Source of the DNA: Candidatus Heimdallarchaeota archaeon
Lineage (GTDB): Archaea; Asgardarchaeota; Heimdallarchaeia; Hodarchaeales; Hodarchaeaceae
NCBI GenBank assembly: GCA_048881705.1
Contig: JBHLSH010000013.1
Coordinates: forward strand, 1-58,303
Length of the DNA: 58,303 nucleotides
Direction of reading: 5' to 3'
Each line of letters begins with the position of its first letter. Position 1 is the stretch's first letter. This document shows positions 9,217-19,044 of this stretch, one piece after another. The notes under the pieces were generated by a model, which saw only the letters and a program-made list of their open reading frames with translations, was not told where the DNA came from and did no database searches. The translations under genes and the position numbers were made by a program.

Positions 9217-9963
9217 TCAAATTTTAGAATACGTGATTATTTCAGTGCCTGGCGGACTTCCTGATATCCTTAATACTGATTGATTAGGGATTTCCTGCCA
9301 TTGGTTTTTAAGAATACTCTGTGCTAACGGTTCAGAACCAATGATGATAGCCCCATCTTGCTCGTAAAGGAATAATGTATAGTAATTTGGGAGTTTTTTA
9401 CACCAACGCACCACATACAAATCCTCTCCATCACTCAGCATGCAGTTAATCGACGAAAAATCGTTTTTCATTGATATAATCGAATCAGTAAATGTACCTA
9501 AGTTAGATTCATTTGTGGTAAATGCTGATAGTTTTGTTAGTAGGTAGTGAAAGAAAAATTCCGTATCTGAATTATCGGAAGTCTGCATGTAGGCCGTATC
9601 CCGTGAAAGAGTGTCTGCTTCATATATTGTTCCATTATGAATAAAGGCCCATTTTTCAGTTACAAATGGCTGGGCATTTGCTAATGTAATTGGTACAGTA
9701 AGGCTTGCTTTTCTTAAATGGCAAAGTACGATTTGAGGTTGTTTTTTTAACGAAAATATTGCTTTATAATACTGTTCTGAGTCGTAAGCTGATCCACGTT
9801 GTTTGTCAATCAAGCTCATTGCATAGTTTGCCTCATTGGATCTTGCAATTCCCCACCCATCTTGATGCGGGGCTTTTTTGCCAAATTTGGCGAGTTTCTG
9901 GAATTCTATGACGATTTCTCGCCAGGATTCAACATAACCGTATATCGCTAACAAGCGACACAT
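9217..9963 (-). CDS. Class II glutamine amidotransferase (Ntn fold, YafJ/EgtC-like)
   Basis: N-terminal MCRLL, HQDGWG, HLRKAS, FIHNGTI and SDTE motifs. Confidence 0.9.
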   Translation of the reverse strand: MCRLLAIYGYVESWREIVIEFQKLAKFGKKAPHQDGWGIARSNEANYAMSLIDKQRGSAYDSEQYYKAIFSLKKQPQIVLCHLRKASLTVPITLANAQPFVTEKWAFIHNGTIYEADTLSRDTAYMQTSDNSDTEFFFHYLLTKLSAFTTNESNLGTFTDSIISMKNDFSSINCMLSDGEDLYVVRWCKKLPNYYTLFLYEQDGAIIIGSEPLAQSILKNQWQEIPNQSVLRISGSPPGTEIITYSKI

Positions 9964-10080
9964 TGTAACTTATCACCTGAATGCCTTTATTATGTCTTTC
10001 AGGATATGTTTTCCTTAAATAGGATTGTCTCCTTTGACGATAAACTTTTCTACCGATTTATGTAAAGTTTTTTGAAAAAT

Positions 10081-10578
10081 TTAAGTTAAGGGATTCCCAA
10101 TAAGGTGATTATGAACAAATCTTAACATTTTTTTTTCTATAGCCCATTTTATTATGTTATAAGCGATTTCATAGCTGCACCATTTCCAATCGGTATGTTC
10201 AGCTGGATTCAAGACGGGATCTTGACGCTGATTGATAAGAGCTATGAAACTATGGAATTGAATCTCCTTGAGTTCTTCTTGAAGGTGAGGAGGAGTTTTT
10301 TCCCCCTCATCGTCTTCATTTTCTGTGTAGAGTTCAAGAGGAATGTTAAGTGGGAGTAGGAGGTCAGGAATGTATCCTGTTTCTTCGAACAGTTCTCGTT
10401 TTGCAGATTCAAAAGGGCTTTCTCCTTTCGGGTGATCACGAGCCCCCATGGTATTCCCCACGGAACCACTTACGCATTGCCAGTTGTAACTCAATGTAGC
10501 TCGTTTTATCATGAGGAACTCGAGTTTATCATCTCTGTACCTGATAGGATAAACATTGACCATAGCTCTCTGAACCAT
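10081..10578 (-). CDS. NUDIX hydrolase (NudB-like)
   Basis: WQCVSG...GESPFESAKRELFEETG Nudix box and EHTDWKW. ATG at 10578 preferred over the track start. Confidence 0.88.
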   Translation of the reverse strand: MVQRAMVNVYPIRYRDDKLEFLMIKRATLSYNWQCVSGSVGNTMGARDHPKGESPFESAKRELFEETGYIPDLLLPLNIPLELYTENEDDEGEKTPPHLQEELKEIQFHSFIALINQRQDPVLNPAEHTDWKWCSYEIAYNIIKWAIEKKMLRFVHNHLIGNPLT

Positions 10579-10924
10579 TTCTTTCACACTAACTCTTGTT
10601 TGCACCCCCTTATGTGCTGATATTATATTACACGCTGGTAATAGTCTACCTATAAAGAACTTTTTTTGAGCAGGGTGGCTCGGAGTCGCCGCCTGAAAAA
10701 GGTTGAAATTGACTACAACGAACTCGTGCCTAAATATTCTCATCTTTTACAAAAACTAAAAAATAACGGATTATACTAATTCATTTCTTCAATTCCTTTC
10801 GATATACGAACTTAGGAGTCCCGCAACGTTAGTAAATAAAGTGATATTCTATCGGGTGTTTAGCTTCTTGCCTACTTTCAATTTCATATTTATGGATACC
10901 TATTTTACATCCAAACTCTGCATG

Positions 10925-10949
10925 CAGTATTATAAAAGTAACAATACTG
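10925..10949. promoter_or_regulatory. Inverted repeat enclosing a TATA-like box
   Basis: CAGTATT-N11-AATACTG, overlapping TATAAAA, in the divergent NUDIX/AKR intergenic region. Confidence 0.35.
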
Positions 10950-11095
10950 GTTAAAATGCTGTTTATTGCAGAAATAATTATTGTGACGTATCTGTAACCG
11001 GTGAGCTGTTTATCGACTTTTGCCTGAAGACGTGTATTTAAGAGAAATTAATCCATTTCCACTCTAGGTAGGTGGATTTATGGTGAGGTTTTGGA

Positions 11096-11947
11096 ATGGA
11101 GTTTGATCTATCTTCAACTGTTACTCTGAATAATGGTGTTAAGATTCCTCTTTTAGGTTTGGGAACCTATAAGCTTTGGGGGAAGACTGCTGTAAAGGCC
11201 GTTTCTTGTGCTTTAAATGCCGGTTATCGCCATATTGATACAGCTTGGGCTTATGGTAATGAAAAACGAGTAGGAGAGGGTATCAAGAATAGTGGTATAG
11301 ACAGGGATGATGTTTTTATCACAACTAAACTCTGGAATAGTGATCACGGTTATTCTGAAGCGTTACGTGCTGTTGATAAAAGCTTAAACAATCTCGGGGT
11401 CGACCATATTGACCTTTACTTAATTCACTGGCCTATTGAAGGATACATTCAAACTTGGAAAGCATTAGAAAAATTACTGGATAAAGGAAAAGTAAGAGCA
11501 ATTGGTGTTAGTAATTTCAAGATTCACCACTTAAAACCACTTTTAGCTGATACCAGTACAATTCCTACAGTTAATCAGGTCGAATTCACTCCTTACCTGT
11601 ATCAAAAGGAATTATATCAGTTTTGTACCGAGAATAACATTAGAATCGAAGCTTATAGCCCGTTGACACGGGGAACAAGGCTACAGGATACAGAGTTAAT
11701 TAAAATCGCTGAAAACTATGGTAAAACGGGTGCTCAAATCTTAATCCGCTGGGGGTTACAACACGGTTTGGTCGAAATCCCGAAATCAAAACGTGAAGGA
11801 AGGATCATTGAAAATTCTGAAGTTTTTGATTTTGAGATCTCTGCAGAAGATATGGTAAGATTAAACCAGTTTCATGAAAACTTAAGAGTGATTGTGAGTG
11901 GGATTCACGACGAACTTGTAAAGAAATATCTTACAAGACAACAGTAG
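11096..11947 (+). CDS. Aldo/keto reductase
   Basis: GLGTY, GYRHIDTA..Y, FITTKLW, DLYLIHWP, IGVSNF, NQVEF and IPKS motifs. Confidence 0.95.
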   Translation: MEFDLSSTVTLNNGVKIPLLGLGTYKLWGKTAVKAVSCALNAGYRHIDTAWAYGNEKRVGEGIKNSGIDRDDVFITTKLWNSDHGYSEALRAVDKSLNNLGVDHIDLYLIHWPIEGYIQTWKALEKLLDKGKVRAIGVSNFKIHHLKPLLADTSTIPTVNQVEFTPYLYQKELYQFCTENNIRIEAYSPLTRGTRLQDTELIKIAENYGKTGAQILIRWGLQHGLVEIPKSKREGRIIENSEVFDFEISAEDMVRLNQFHENLRVIVSGIHDELVKKYLTRQQ

Positions 11948-12261
11948 AACGCCCCTCCCAAAAGTAATAAGGTTTAATAAATTTTCGCTGACATCTAGCA
12001 TCATATTTTCATCCAAACAAGTCTTTCCCTGATGACCTCACGGACATATCGGACGACAAGATATAGAAACACAATCGCGAAAAAACCATTGAAAATGGGA
12101 ACTGTGGAGTATCTTTGGAGTTTAAATTTTCATTTTAACGCTTATTTGGTTTTATAAAAAATAGCAACTAGCGTTGGTTATGCTCAACATGCAATTTCTT
12201 AAGCGAGAGTTGACGAAACAGTTAAATTCCTGGCAAAAACCAATAGTTGTGGTGAAAGAAG

Positions 12262-12585
12262 ATGTATGATTGTAAAATCACGGTGATCAAGAGAACAACA
12301 AATCCAGAAATCGTGAAAACATATCTTAAGGAGGAAATGCAGACAACACAGGCGTGTTCACGATTTGAAGATAGCCAAGAGTTTCTTGTTCCTAAAGAAT
12401 CGAGATATAGGCCCCCAGAGGGCTTTTGTGAATGGGCGTGGGCGGATATACGTCACGATTTACTCATGCTTGCCTATGGTGGCTCCATCCCACACATGAA
12501 GGATGAGAATTCTAACATTGTGGGTTGTACCGACTGGTTCCGACCGGTTTACTTCAAAATTGAGCGGATAGATTCCTCGATATAG
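12262..12585 (+). CDS. TIGR04076-family protein
   Basis: CKITVIK...ACSRF..GFCEWAWADI...GCTDWFRPVYFKIERI. Confidence 0.8.
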   Translation: MYDCKITVIKRTTNPEIVKTYLKEEMQTTQACSRFEDSQEFLVPKESRYRPPEGFCEWAWADIRHDLLMLAYGGSIPHMKDENSNIVGCTDWFRPVYFKIERIDSSI

Positions 12586-12683
12586 AAATAAACCGTATTC
12601 ATTCACGGGGGGAAGTTAGTTCTGTAAGTGTGGTTGGGAAAAAAACACCTTTTACCATAAAAATCATTTGTAGTTGTAAAAAA

Positions 12684-12845
12684 ATGAGAGAAGGCTATTA
12701 ACCAGTAGGAAAAGGAAAAGCCGCGGCCACATCTGCCTACACACAAGTCTGTACCATGTGTGGATCTAATAAAACGACCCTATGCCTGAAGTGTTTATGT
12801 CCATTTTGTGAGTTGCACACCAACGAAATGGATCATTTTTGTTGA
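12684..12845 (+). pseudogene. AN1-type zinc-finger micro-protein interrupted by TAA at codon 6
   Basis: MREGY*PVGKGKAAATSAYTQVCTMCGSNKTTLCLKCLCPFCELHTNEMDHFC*, i.e. C-x2-C-x7-C-x2-C-x4-C-x2-H-x5-H-x-C. Confidence 0.65.
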
Positions 12846-13187
12846 GTAGATTCTCGTGATCTGAATGTTGAAGTCAATTAGAAGTGAGCTAATCGCGCAT
12901 TACTAATGGAAATCGGATTGATTTTCTCAGAACAGAGATTTTTAGACACAACGATTCTAACATCTTTTACTCAGATTACACAGAATCTTCTGTTTTTATC
13001 TAACGCTTTAAATTATAAAAGTCCCTTACCCTCAAAACTCGGTTTGTTGTGAGGAAAGTCGAAAATGATTCTTTTTTCTCACAAAATATAAGAGAACGGA
13101 TTCTAGAGAACATCCTCTATCGAAAAACTTAACCGATCGTGGGAGGTCAGAGTTCCACCGATCCACATCTTCAGACGCGTTAGAATT

Positions 13188-13709
13188 ATGGAAACCCAAC
13201 GCTATTATACCAAGATCTTCTTGGGTCTAGTGTATATCGTCGTTTCTTCGATCATTTTAACCCTCATATTGAGAGAAGTTTTTAGAATAAATACAGGACT
13301 TCAAGATTTGTGGCGATTTTTTTTTCCCGTGAACAATAGAGTTGAGGCCCCTTACCAACTTTTTGGAATCTTGTTAATTATCCTGGGATTTATATTGGTT
13401 ATCTGGGCAAATTATATGCTATTAATTGTTGGTAAAATCGGATTAGCAGATAGAGAACCTTTTCATGTACCCACCACGCTTATTGTAGATGGACCGTACA
13501 AGTTTAGCCGGAATCCCATCTATACGGGTGTGTGTTGCTTGGTATTTGGTCTGTCTTTCTTTATAGGTAGCGTACCCTTGTTTATGCTCGGAATCGTGAT
13601 AATGACATTTTTTTGGTGGTTTTTAATTCGATGGGAAGAGAGACACCTTGAAGAAGCGTTTGGAGAAAAATATTCAGAGTACAAAAAACGAGTAAGACGG
13701 TGGTTGTAG
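13188..13709 (+). CDS. Isoprenylcysteine carboxyl methyltransferase (ICMT/PEMT) family membrane protein
   Basis: LIVDGPYKFSRNPIYTG...WEERHLEEAFGEKYSEYKKRVRRWL. Confidence 0.88.
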   Translation: METQRYYTKIFLGLVYIVVSSIILTLILREVFRINTGLQDLWRFFFPVNNRVEAPYQLFGILLIILGFILVIWANYMLLIVGKIGLADREPFHVPTTLIVDGPYKFSRNPIYTGVCCLVFGLSFFIGSVPLFMLGIVIMTFFWWFLIRWEERHLEEAFGEKYSEYKKRVRRWL

Positions 13710-14090
13710 TTAATTAATCCACGATCTGTTTTCTAGTTTGATGAACTTGGAGCGAATATACCAGGTCAAGTTAAAAATGTCATTCAGGAACGTAGCTTCA
13801 CTAGAGTAATCGCTCTTTAAATAGAAATCCAGATTTTGATGGATAACAGTCAAGTGAATCTTGTACCATTTTCTTTTTTGCCCAGGTTTTTACAAACGTT
13901 TGATGCCAATTCTACGTAGCCACTTTTCACGAAGTAACACCCCAATTCCAACCTTTTGTTATACTTGAGTTGTAAAGCGATCGTTGGTTATTGCACATCT
14001 GCCATAGAATCAAAAGATTTAGAAGAGAGAAACACATCTCATTATTCCTCCAAAAAACCATGGCCACATATTCTCCTTCTGTTCAGTCAT
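13710..14090 (-). pseudogene. Frame-intact pseudogene (126 codons, 4 internal stops) directly after the carboxylesterase
   Basis: ATG 10 nt after the esterase stop. MTEQKENMWPWFFGGIMRCVSLF*IF*FYGRCAITNDRFTTQV*QKVGIGVLLREKWLRRIGIKRL*KPGQKRKWYKIHLTV...SWIN*. Confidence 0.45.
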
Positions 14091-14100
14091 CGAAGCCCAG

Positions 14101-15810
14101 CTATTCCTTAAAGGGGATGAAATCTTCAAGCATCGTCAATATCTGCCCTCGTTCAGGTTCTTTGAACTCAGAATTAACAAGATCTAGTACATCTTGAACG
14201 GTGATTTTTTCACTGGCGTATGATAGCCTTAAGTCGTTGAAATCTGCATCAAGGATAAGAACCTTGTCTTTCCCTTCAGTGTTGTTCCAAGCAGGCCAAT
14301 GGGGCAGGCCACTATTATTAGGATTCCCAGTTCTCGCAAAATTTGCCAGATAGGTCATGCACAAGGTTTTCAACTTTTCACGACCGATCCTGTTTTCCTC
14401 TGTGTGAGTCTTTCCTATCAAAAGGGCAAAATCTGATCCACTTGTACCTAGGAAGAAGGGGATATCAGCGCCATGGTGAGCTCCTAGCTCTTGACCTTTG
14501 TTTTTTGGCAGTACACTGACCCCTCGTTCATCTGGGCTTCCCCAATCAAACCTGTAGACATAAACAGGTACGATACTGTTTGAGGTCATTTCGCTGGCTG
14601 GTTGATCAACACCGTTTACACGCCATAACATGGAATGATAATGCCAAACCCTGGAACTCAGAGTAAGATCCTTAGTGAAATGACCAAAGAGGTTCATTTC
14701 ATCTTTTGTACAACCGATTATTACCGGCACCTGGTTTGCCCATTCCCCAGACGTAAAAACTTTATACCCCTCTGCAGGTATAACTGTCCCATCAGTAATA
14801 ACAGAACGCCATTCTGCCATTCCAAAAGCAATAGTGGGAATATTCTTTGTAATCGTATAGGCTGATTTTGAACGCAGATATCTATTAATCTCATTATCTT
14901 GCATTTTGCTGATGTACTTCACAGCTTCTTCTTCATTCGCAACTTTTCGATCTTTGATGAGCAATGTAGCCAAAAGTCGTTCACTCTGAGCCTTTGCTTC
15001 CTCAAGAGAACATAATGACGTCAGACCACTCTCTACGACAGCCCGATGGAAGAGTCCCTTTGCAGAGGGAGATACTAAAAGTGAAAGCACATTAAATGCG
15101 CCTCCAGACTCGCCCGCAATAGTAACATTGTTTGGATTACCTCCAAAAGCTTTGATGTTATCCCTTACCCATTGTAAGGATTTAACCAGATCCAGAGTTC
15201 CATAATTCCCACTTTGGTCTTCTGAAGAACCAGAACCAGTCACAGCAGGGTGTTTGAACCAACCCATTGCACCGAGTCGATAGTTGACAGAAACGTAAAG
15301 CAGATTAGATTGTCTGGCCAGAGTATTACCAAGATAGCTGGCCGTGTTAGATGACCCAATAGAATTACCTCCCCCATGAATATACAAGTACACGGGGAGA
15401 TCAGACTCCGAGCTCTTAGGACGCCATATATTGAGGTAAAGACAGTCTTCTGAACCTGTTGAACCCATGATAAGCATAACCTGTGCAGCAGAATTACCGA
15501 ATTTTGTTGTTTTGCGAGTTCCAAGCCAAGGGATAGGATCAAGTGGTGCTTTCCATCTTAAATCTCCTACTGGAGGAGTGCCATAGGGAATTCCTTTCCA
15601 ACACCAAGTATTTTTGTCTGAAAACCCAAGAACCACTCCATACTTCGTCTGAACAGTTGCTTCATTATTCCAATTACCCAGCTCATATGTACTGTCAGCA
15701 GGTTTTGGGGTAAAATGACGTTTTAACGGTTGAGAAATAGTTCTCTCCAGGTAATTCTTTAATCTGAAAAATGGCGAAAAGAGTGAAGCATATTTCATTA
15801 TTTGAGGCAT
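14101..15810 (-). CDS. Type-B carboxylesterase/lipase family protein
   Basis: SEDCLYLNIW, HGGGN oxyanion loop, GESGG nucleophile elbow, catalytic Glu (DEMN) and His (HHGAD). Confidence 0.95.
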   Translation of the reverse strand: MPQIMKYASLFSPFFRLKNYLERTISQPLKRHFTPKPADSTYELGNWNNEATVQTKYGVVLGFSDKNTWCWKGIPYGTPPVGDLRWKAPLDPIPWLGTRKTTKFGNSAAQVMLIMGSTGSEDCLYLNIWRPKSSESDLPVYLYIHGGGNSIGSSNTASYLGNTLARQSNLLYVSVNYRLGAMGWFKHPAVTGSGSSEDQSGNYGTLDLVKSLQWVRDNIKAFGGNPNNVTIAGESGGAFNVLSLLVSPSAKGLFHRAVVESGLTSLCSLEEAKAQSERLLATLLIKDRKVANEEEAVKYISKMQDNEINRYLRSKSAYTITKNIPTIAFGMAEWRSVITDGTVIPAEGYKVFTSGEWANQVPVIIGCTKDEMNLFGHFTKDLTLSSRVWHYHSMLWRVNGVDQPASEMTSNSIVPVYVYRFDWGSPDERGVSVLPKNKGQELGAHHGADIPFFLGTSGSDFALLIGKTHTEENRIGREKLKTLCMTYLANFARTGNPNNSGLPHWPAWNNTEGKDKVLILDADFNDLRLSYASEKITVQDVLDLVNSEFKEPERGQILTMLEDFIPFKE

Positions 15811-15816
15811 GACCGT

Positions 15817-16122
15817 TCACCAAGAGCTTAATAAACTGGTCAGTTTGATTTCTGATATATCATAATATAGCAATTTCCAGCGCTTCATTAAAGGATGCAT
15901 AATGGGCATGAAATCGCCCCACACCAGATTTAATATTCGATTTTTCTTTATTCTGATGACTGTTCCTTTGTTAAACAAGTAGAATCTCCTTCTTGCTCCT
16001 TTTTCAAGAAAAGCCAGATAATAATCTGAGGAACTTGAATAACATATCTCTGCTAAACGTATTCTTATCAATATTCTTAAAAGAAAGGAAGAAATAGTTA
16101 ATTAGGTGGAAAAGTTGTCCAT
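15817..16122 (-). pseudogene. Probable decayed small gene in frame with the esterase
   Basis: ATG at 16122 gives MDNFST*LTISSFLLRILIRIRL...WKLLYYDISEIKLTSLLSSW*. The TGA at 15817-15819 is three codons before the esterase ATG, in the same frame. Confidence 0.35.
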
Positions 16123-16175
16123 CTTTTTTGCACAAAGGATCTGACTTATACTGATGTGACAAAACGCTTGGAAAC

Positions 16176-17129
16176 TTAATTTGATGAAACGGGTACTCTC
16201 TCCATGACCCAACTAATACGAAAAGGTTTGCCAATATAAGGTTTCATTTCTTCAAAAAAAACTTCTGTTTTTTCGGTTCTCTCCCATGCTCCTCTAAAGA
16301 TGTTTTTTTCAGCAACTAATCCGGTCAAAAAAGAAATAAAACCAGGATAAGCTAATTTTGCTTCTGGTAAAACAGCGGTAGCGATGATCTGAACGAAATT
16401 ACGGATAAATTTTGTCCACATTGCTCTACCAATTCCTAATATTTCTCCGTTTTCATTTAATAATACAGCAGGGATCTCATTCCGCAATCGAAATCTCCTT
16501 TCTTTCGTTTTATTAAATGACTTTTTGTAACGCTTTATTATATCCCCCATATCGGCTATTTCGGCGGTTAAACGGTCAAGATTATTCAAATCTTCTTTTC
16601 TTGCTTTACGTGCGTAAAATCCTGAGGGAAAGGAACGAGTTTTAAGGGGAGCGTCAAAAAGGAATTCTTGAATTGAAGATTTTGCTGAAAAACCGAATTT
16701 TCTATAGAGATGCAACGCAGCTTCATTATTAGTTTCAACATCTAAAATTAACTTCATTCTTCCATATCTCTCAACAATATATTCCATGACAAGATTCCCG
16801 ATGCCTTGTCCCTGAAATTTTGGTCTCGTAAAGAGATTACCAAGCGTATACTCATTTTTCTTTTTATCATGAATGACTGTAAAACCAGCACAAATTGTTT
16901 CTTCTTTGATAACTACAATATGGTCTGAGTTTCGGGCGATTAATTTCCATGGGATTCCTAAAAGAAATCTATTTAACTGACACATCCTTTTAAGAAATTT
17001 AAAACTCACTCCAAGGCCTTTCTCTGCCCTATCTCTAGTAGATTCAAAAGCATATTCAATAAAATCTCCAAGTTCTTTATTTTTTAATTTTCTAAACTTA
17101 TAATTATTTTTCACAATTTTGCGATTCAT
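16176..17129 (-). CDS. GNAT-family N-acetyltransferase (tandem GNAT-like domains)
   Basis: LGNLFTRPKFQGQGIGNLVM...VETNNEAALHLYRKFGF, followed by a second degenerate GNAT domain. Confidence 0.88.
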   Translation of the reverse strand: MNRKIVKNNYKFRKLKNKELGDFIEYAFESTRDRAEKGLGVSFKFLKRMCQLNRFLLGIPWKLIARNSDHIVVIKEETICAGFTVIHDKKKNEYTLGNLFTRPKFQGQGIGNLVMEYIVERYGRMKLILDVETNNEAALHLYRKFGFSAKSSIQEFLFDAPLKTRSFPSGFYARKARKEDLNNLDRLTAEIADMGDIIKRYKKSFNKTKERRFRLRNEIPAVLLNENGEILGIGRAMWTKFIRNFVQIIATAVLPEAKLAYPGFISFLTGLVAEKNIFRGAWERTEKTEVFFEEMKPYIGKPFRISWVMERVPVSSN

Positions 17130-17212
17130 TGGAATAACCTAATTGTATATTCGATCATCGAATTTATTCTACGACCGAAGTTTAATATAATTTTCCTTGG
17201 AGGTAATTTCTC

Positions 17213-18010
17213 ATGCAAAAAGAGAGTAAAAACCGGAACAACGATAATGGATCTAGTAAAGGAAACGAAGAACTAAATAAAGTATTAACTGAAGTTTTTA
17301 AAGTCGATACAAGATATGCAATAATAACTGCTTTACGTATGTACGGATCATTAAACATAAAAACATTATCTAAGCTGTTACAAAGAACAGAGTCAACGAT
17401 ATTTCATCATTTAACTGAAATACAGAAATTCACCCCCAGAATAATTGAAATTGATCAGGAAATGACATCCACTAATAGAGGGAAGTTCTTCCAATTAACC
17501 GAGATCACACGAGACTACTATAGAACATCGGACAGTCTAGAGGTATTTGAAAACGAGATTCCTGCAATATTCAAAAAATGGTCAGGAATTTCAGTCGAAG
17601 AAATCGCCCAAGAGATGATTAATGCCTTAAAGAAAAAGCCAGATTTAGGCCAAATGGCTCAAAGTACAAGACGATCCTTAGCATATCATCATTGTATTGA
17701 GAATTTTATCCTAAGCAATTTTGAAAAGGTAGAAAATGCGATTAAAAATGATCTTATCCCCGAACGAAAGGATTATCCCTTTGGAGGATACTCACTTCTC
17801 TCTATCGCTCTGAATATTTCATCGCCCAAGCATTCTCTAAGAATAGCTGAACTCATCACAGATTTTTTCGCGAATCTTCATCGTTTAAAAAAGGAAATTA
17901 CGTCTGAAATGGATGAAAGAGGGATAAAACAAGAAGATATGATAACAGAGCATTATTACTTTTTTGGAGGAGTTATTAACGAATTTAATTTCACAAAAAG
18001 AGAGAATTGA
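17213..18010 (+). CDS. Winged helix-turn-helix transcriptional regulator (ArsR-like N-terminus)
   Basis: TRYAIITALRMYGSLNIKTLSKLLQRTESTIFHHL...GKFFQLT. Divergent from the GNAT gene. Confidence 0.75.
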   Translation: MQKESKNRNNDNGSSKGNEELNKVLTEVFKVDTRYAIITALRMYGSLNIKTLSKLLQRTESTIFHHLTEIQKFTPRIIEIDQEMTSTNRGKFFQLTEITRDYYRTSDSLEVFENEIPAIFKKWSGISVEEIAQEMINALKKKPDLGQMAQSTRRSLAYHHCIENFILSNFEKVENAIKNDLIPERKDYPFGGYSLLSIALNISSPKHSLRIAELITDFFANLHRLKKEITSEMDERGIKQEDMITEHYYFFGGVINEFNFTKREN

Positions 18011-18085
18011 ATCATTGTTACCTGCTAGATTACCTCTAAAGAGCTTGAAAGCCTCTTAAAATGCTCAAGAGTTGATAAATGTGCG

Positions 18086-18934
18086 ATGGAGAAAGAAGTG
18101 ATGGAGTACAAAACGGTAAACAATGAGTTAATTTGGACCGATGTAGGCTATGGAAATAGTGCGGCAATAGATCTCGGGAAAAAAGTCTTTGTGATAGATT
18201 CGATGCTGAACTGGGAACTAGCCGCCGAATGGCGAAGTGTTGTTGAGCACCATTTCGATAAACCAGTGTCAGGGTTGATTCTCACTCATCACCATGAAGA
18301 TCATACCTTTGGGAACCAGGTCTTTTCTGATGTACCCATCATTTCTAGTCAAGAGATTCGCCGGCAGACCTTGCTTTTTGAAAAAGAAATCTGGGTTCAT
18401 GAATCCCCTGATGATCGAGCAGAGTGGGAAGCAGGAGGGTATGGCGTCAAGAATCTCGTCCTCACTCATTCGAATGTATGTTTTGAGAAGAGCCTAACAC
18501 TCTATGGCGATAAAAGATTGGACCTGATAGAAGGTGATGGGCATACCATGGGGAGTACCTATTTATGGCAACCTGAATCGAAAACATTGCTTTCGGGTGA
18601 TGTTGTTTTTGCACGACAGTTTCCTTACGGTGGTGACGAGACCTGTAATATTGTCCGCTGGCAGCAGGTGATTGAAGAGTTAATCGCTCTCGATCCGGAG
18701 ATCATCATTAGTGGACACGGGCCAGTTGCCACTTTAACAGATCTAAGAGAAATTAATGAGTTCTTCGTCCAAAGTATTGCTTTCTTACGTAACAAACTTG
18801 ATGAAGGGTTAACTTGGGAAGAAATTGCGCAAGATCCTCATTTTCCAGAGTATTATTCTCAGGATCGGAGTGAACGGAAGAAAGTGACCATTGAACGCTG
18901 GGCTGCATTTTTCAACAAGGAATATAACAGATAG
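18086..18934 (+). CDS. MBL-fold metallo-hydrolase (CphA/cyclase-like)
   Basis: THHHEDHTFGN, GHT, SGD and ISGHG metal-binding motifs. Confidence 0.9.
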   Translation: MEKEVMEYKTVNNELIWTDVGYGNSAAIDLGKKVFVIDSMLNWELAAEWRSVVEHHFDKPVSGLILTHHHEDHTFGNQVFSDVPIISSQEIRRQTLLFEKEIWVHESPDDRAEWEAGGYGVKNLVLTHSNVCFEKSLTLYGDKRLDLIEGDGHTMGSTYLWQPESKTLLSGDVVFARQFPYGGDETCNIVRWQQVIEELIALDPEIIISGHGPVATLTDLREINEFFVQSIAFLRNKLDEGLTWEEIAQDPHFPEYYSQDRSERKKVTIERWAAFFNKEYNR

Positions 18935-19044
18935 TATTCAAGGAATTTGTTTACAATTTATTCTGGATGATGAATGATATGAAATTTGAAAAGCAGGATC
19001 TATCGAGAAAGCCCTCAATTATTCACTAGAGTGTGGGATTCAGT

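Noticed and set aside
12684-16122. Stop-codon reassignment as the explanation for in-frame stops
   Set aside because: The interrupting stops are a mix of TAA, TGA and TAG, and all three end intact genes in this window.
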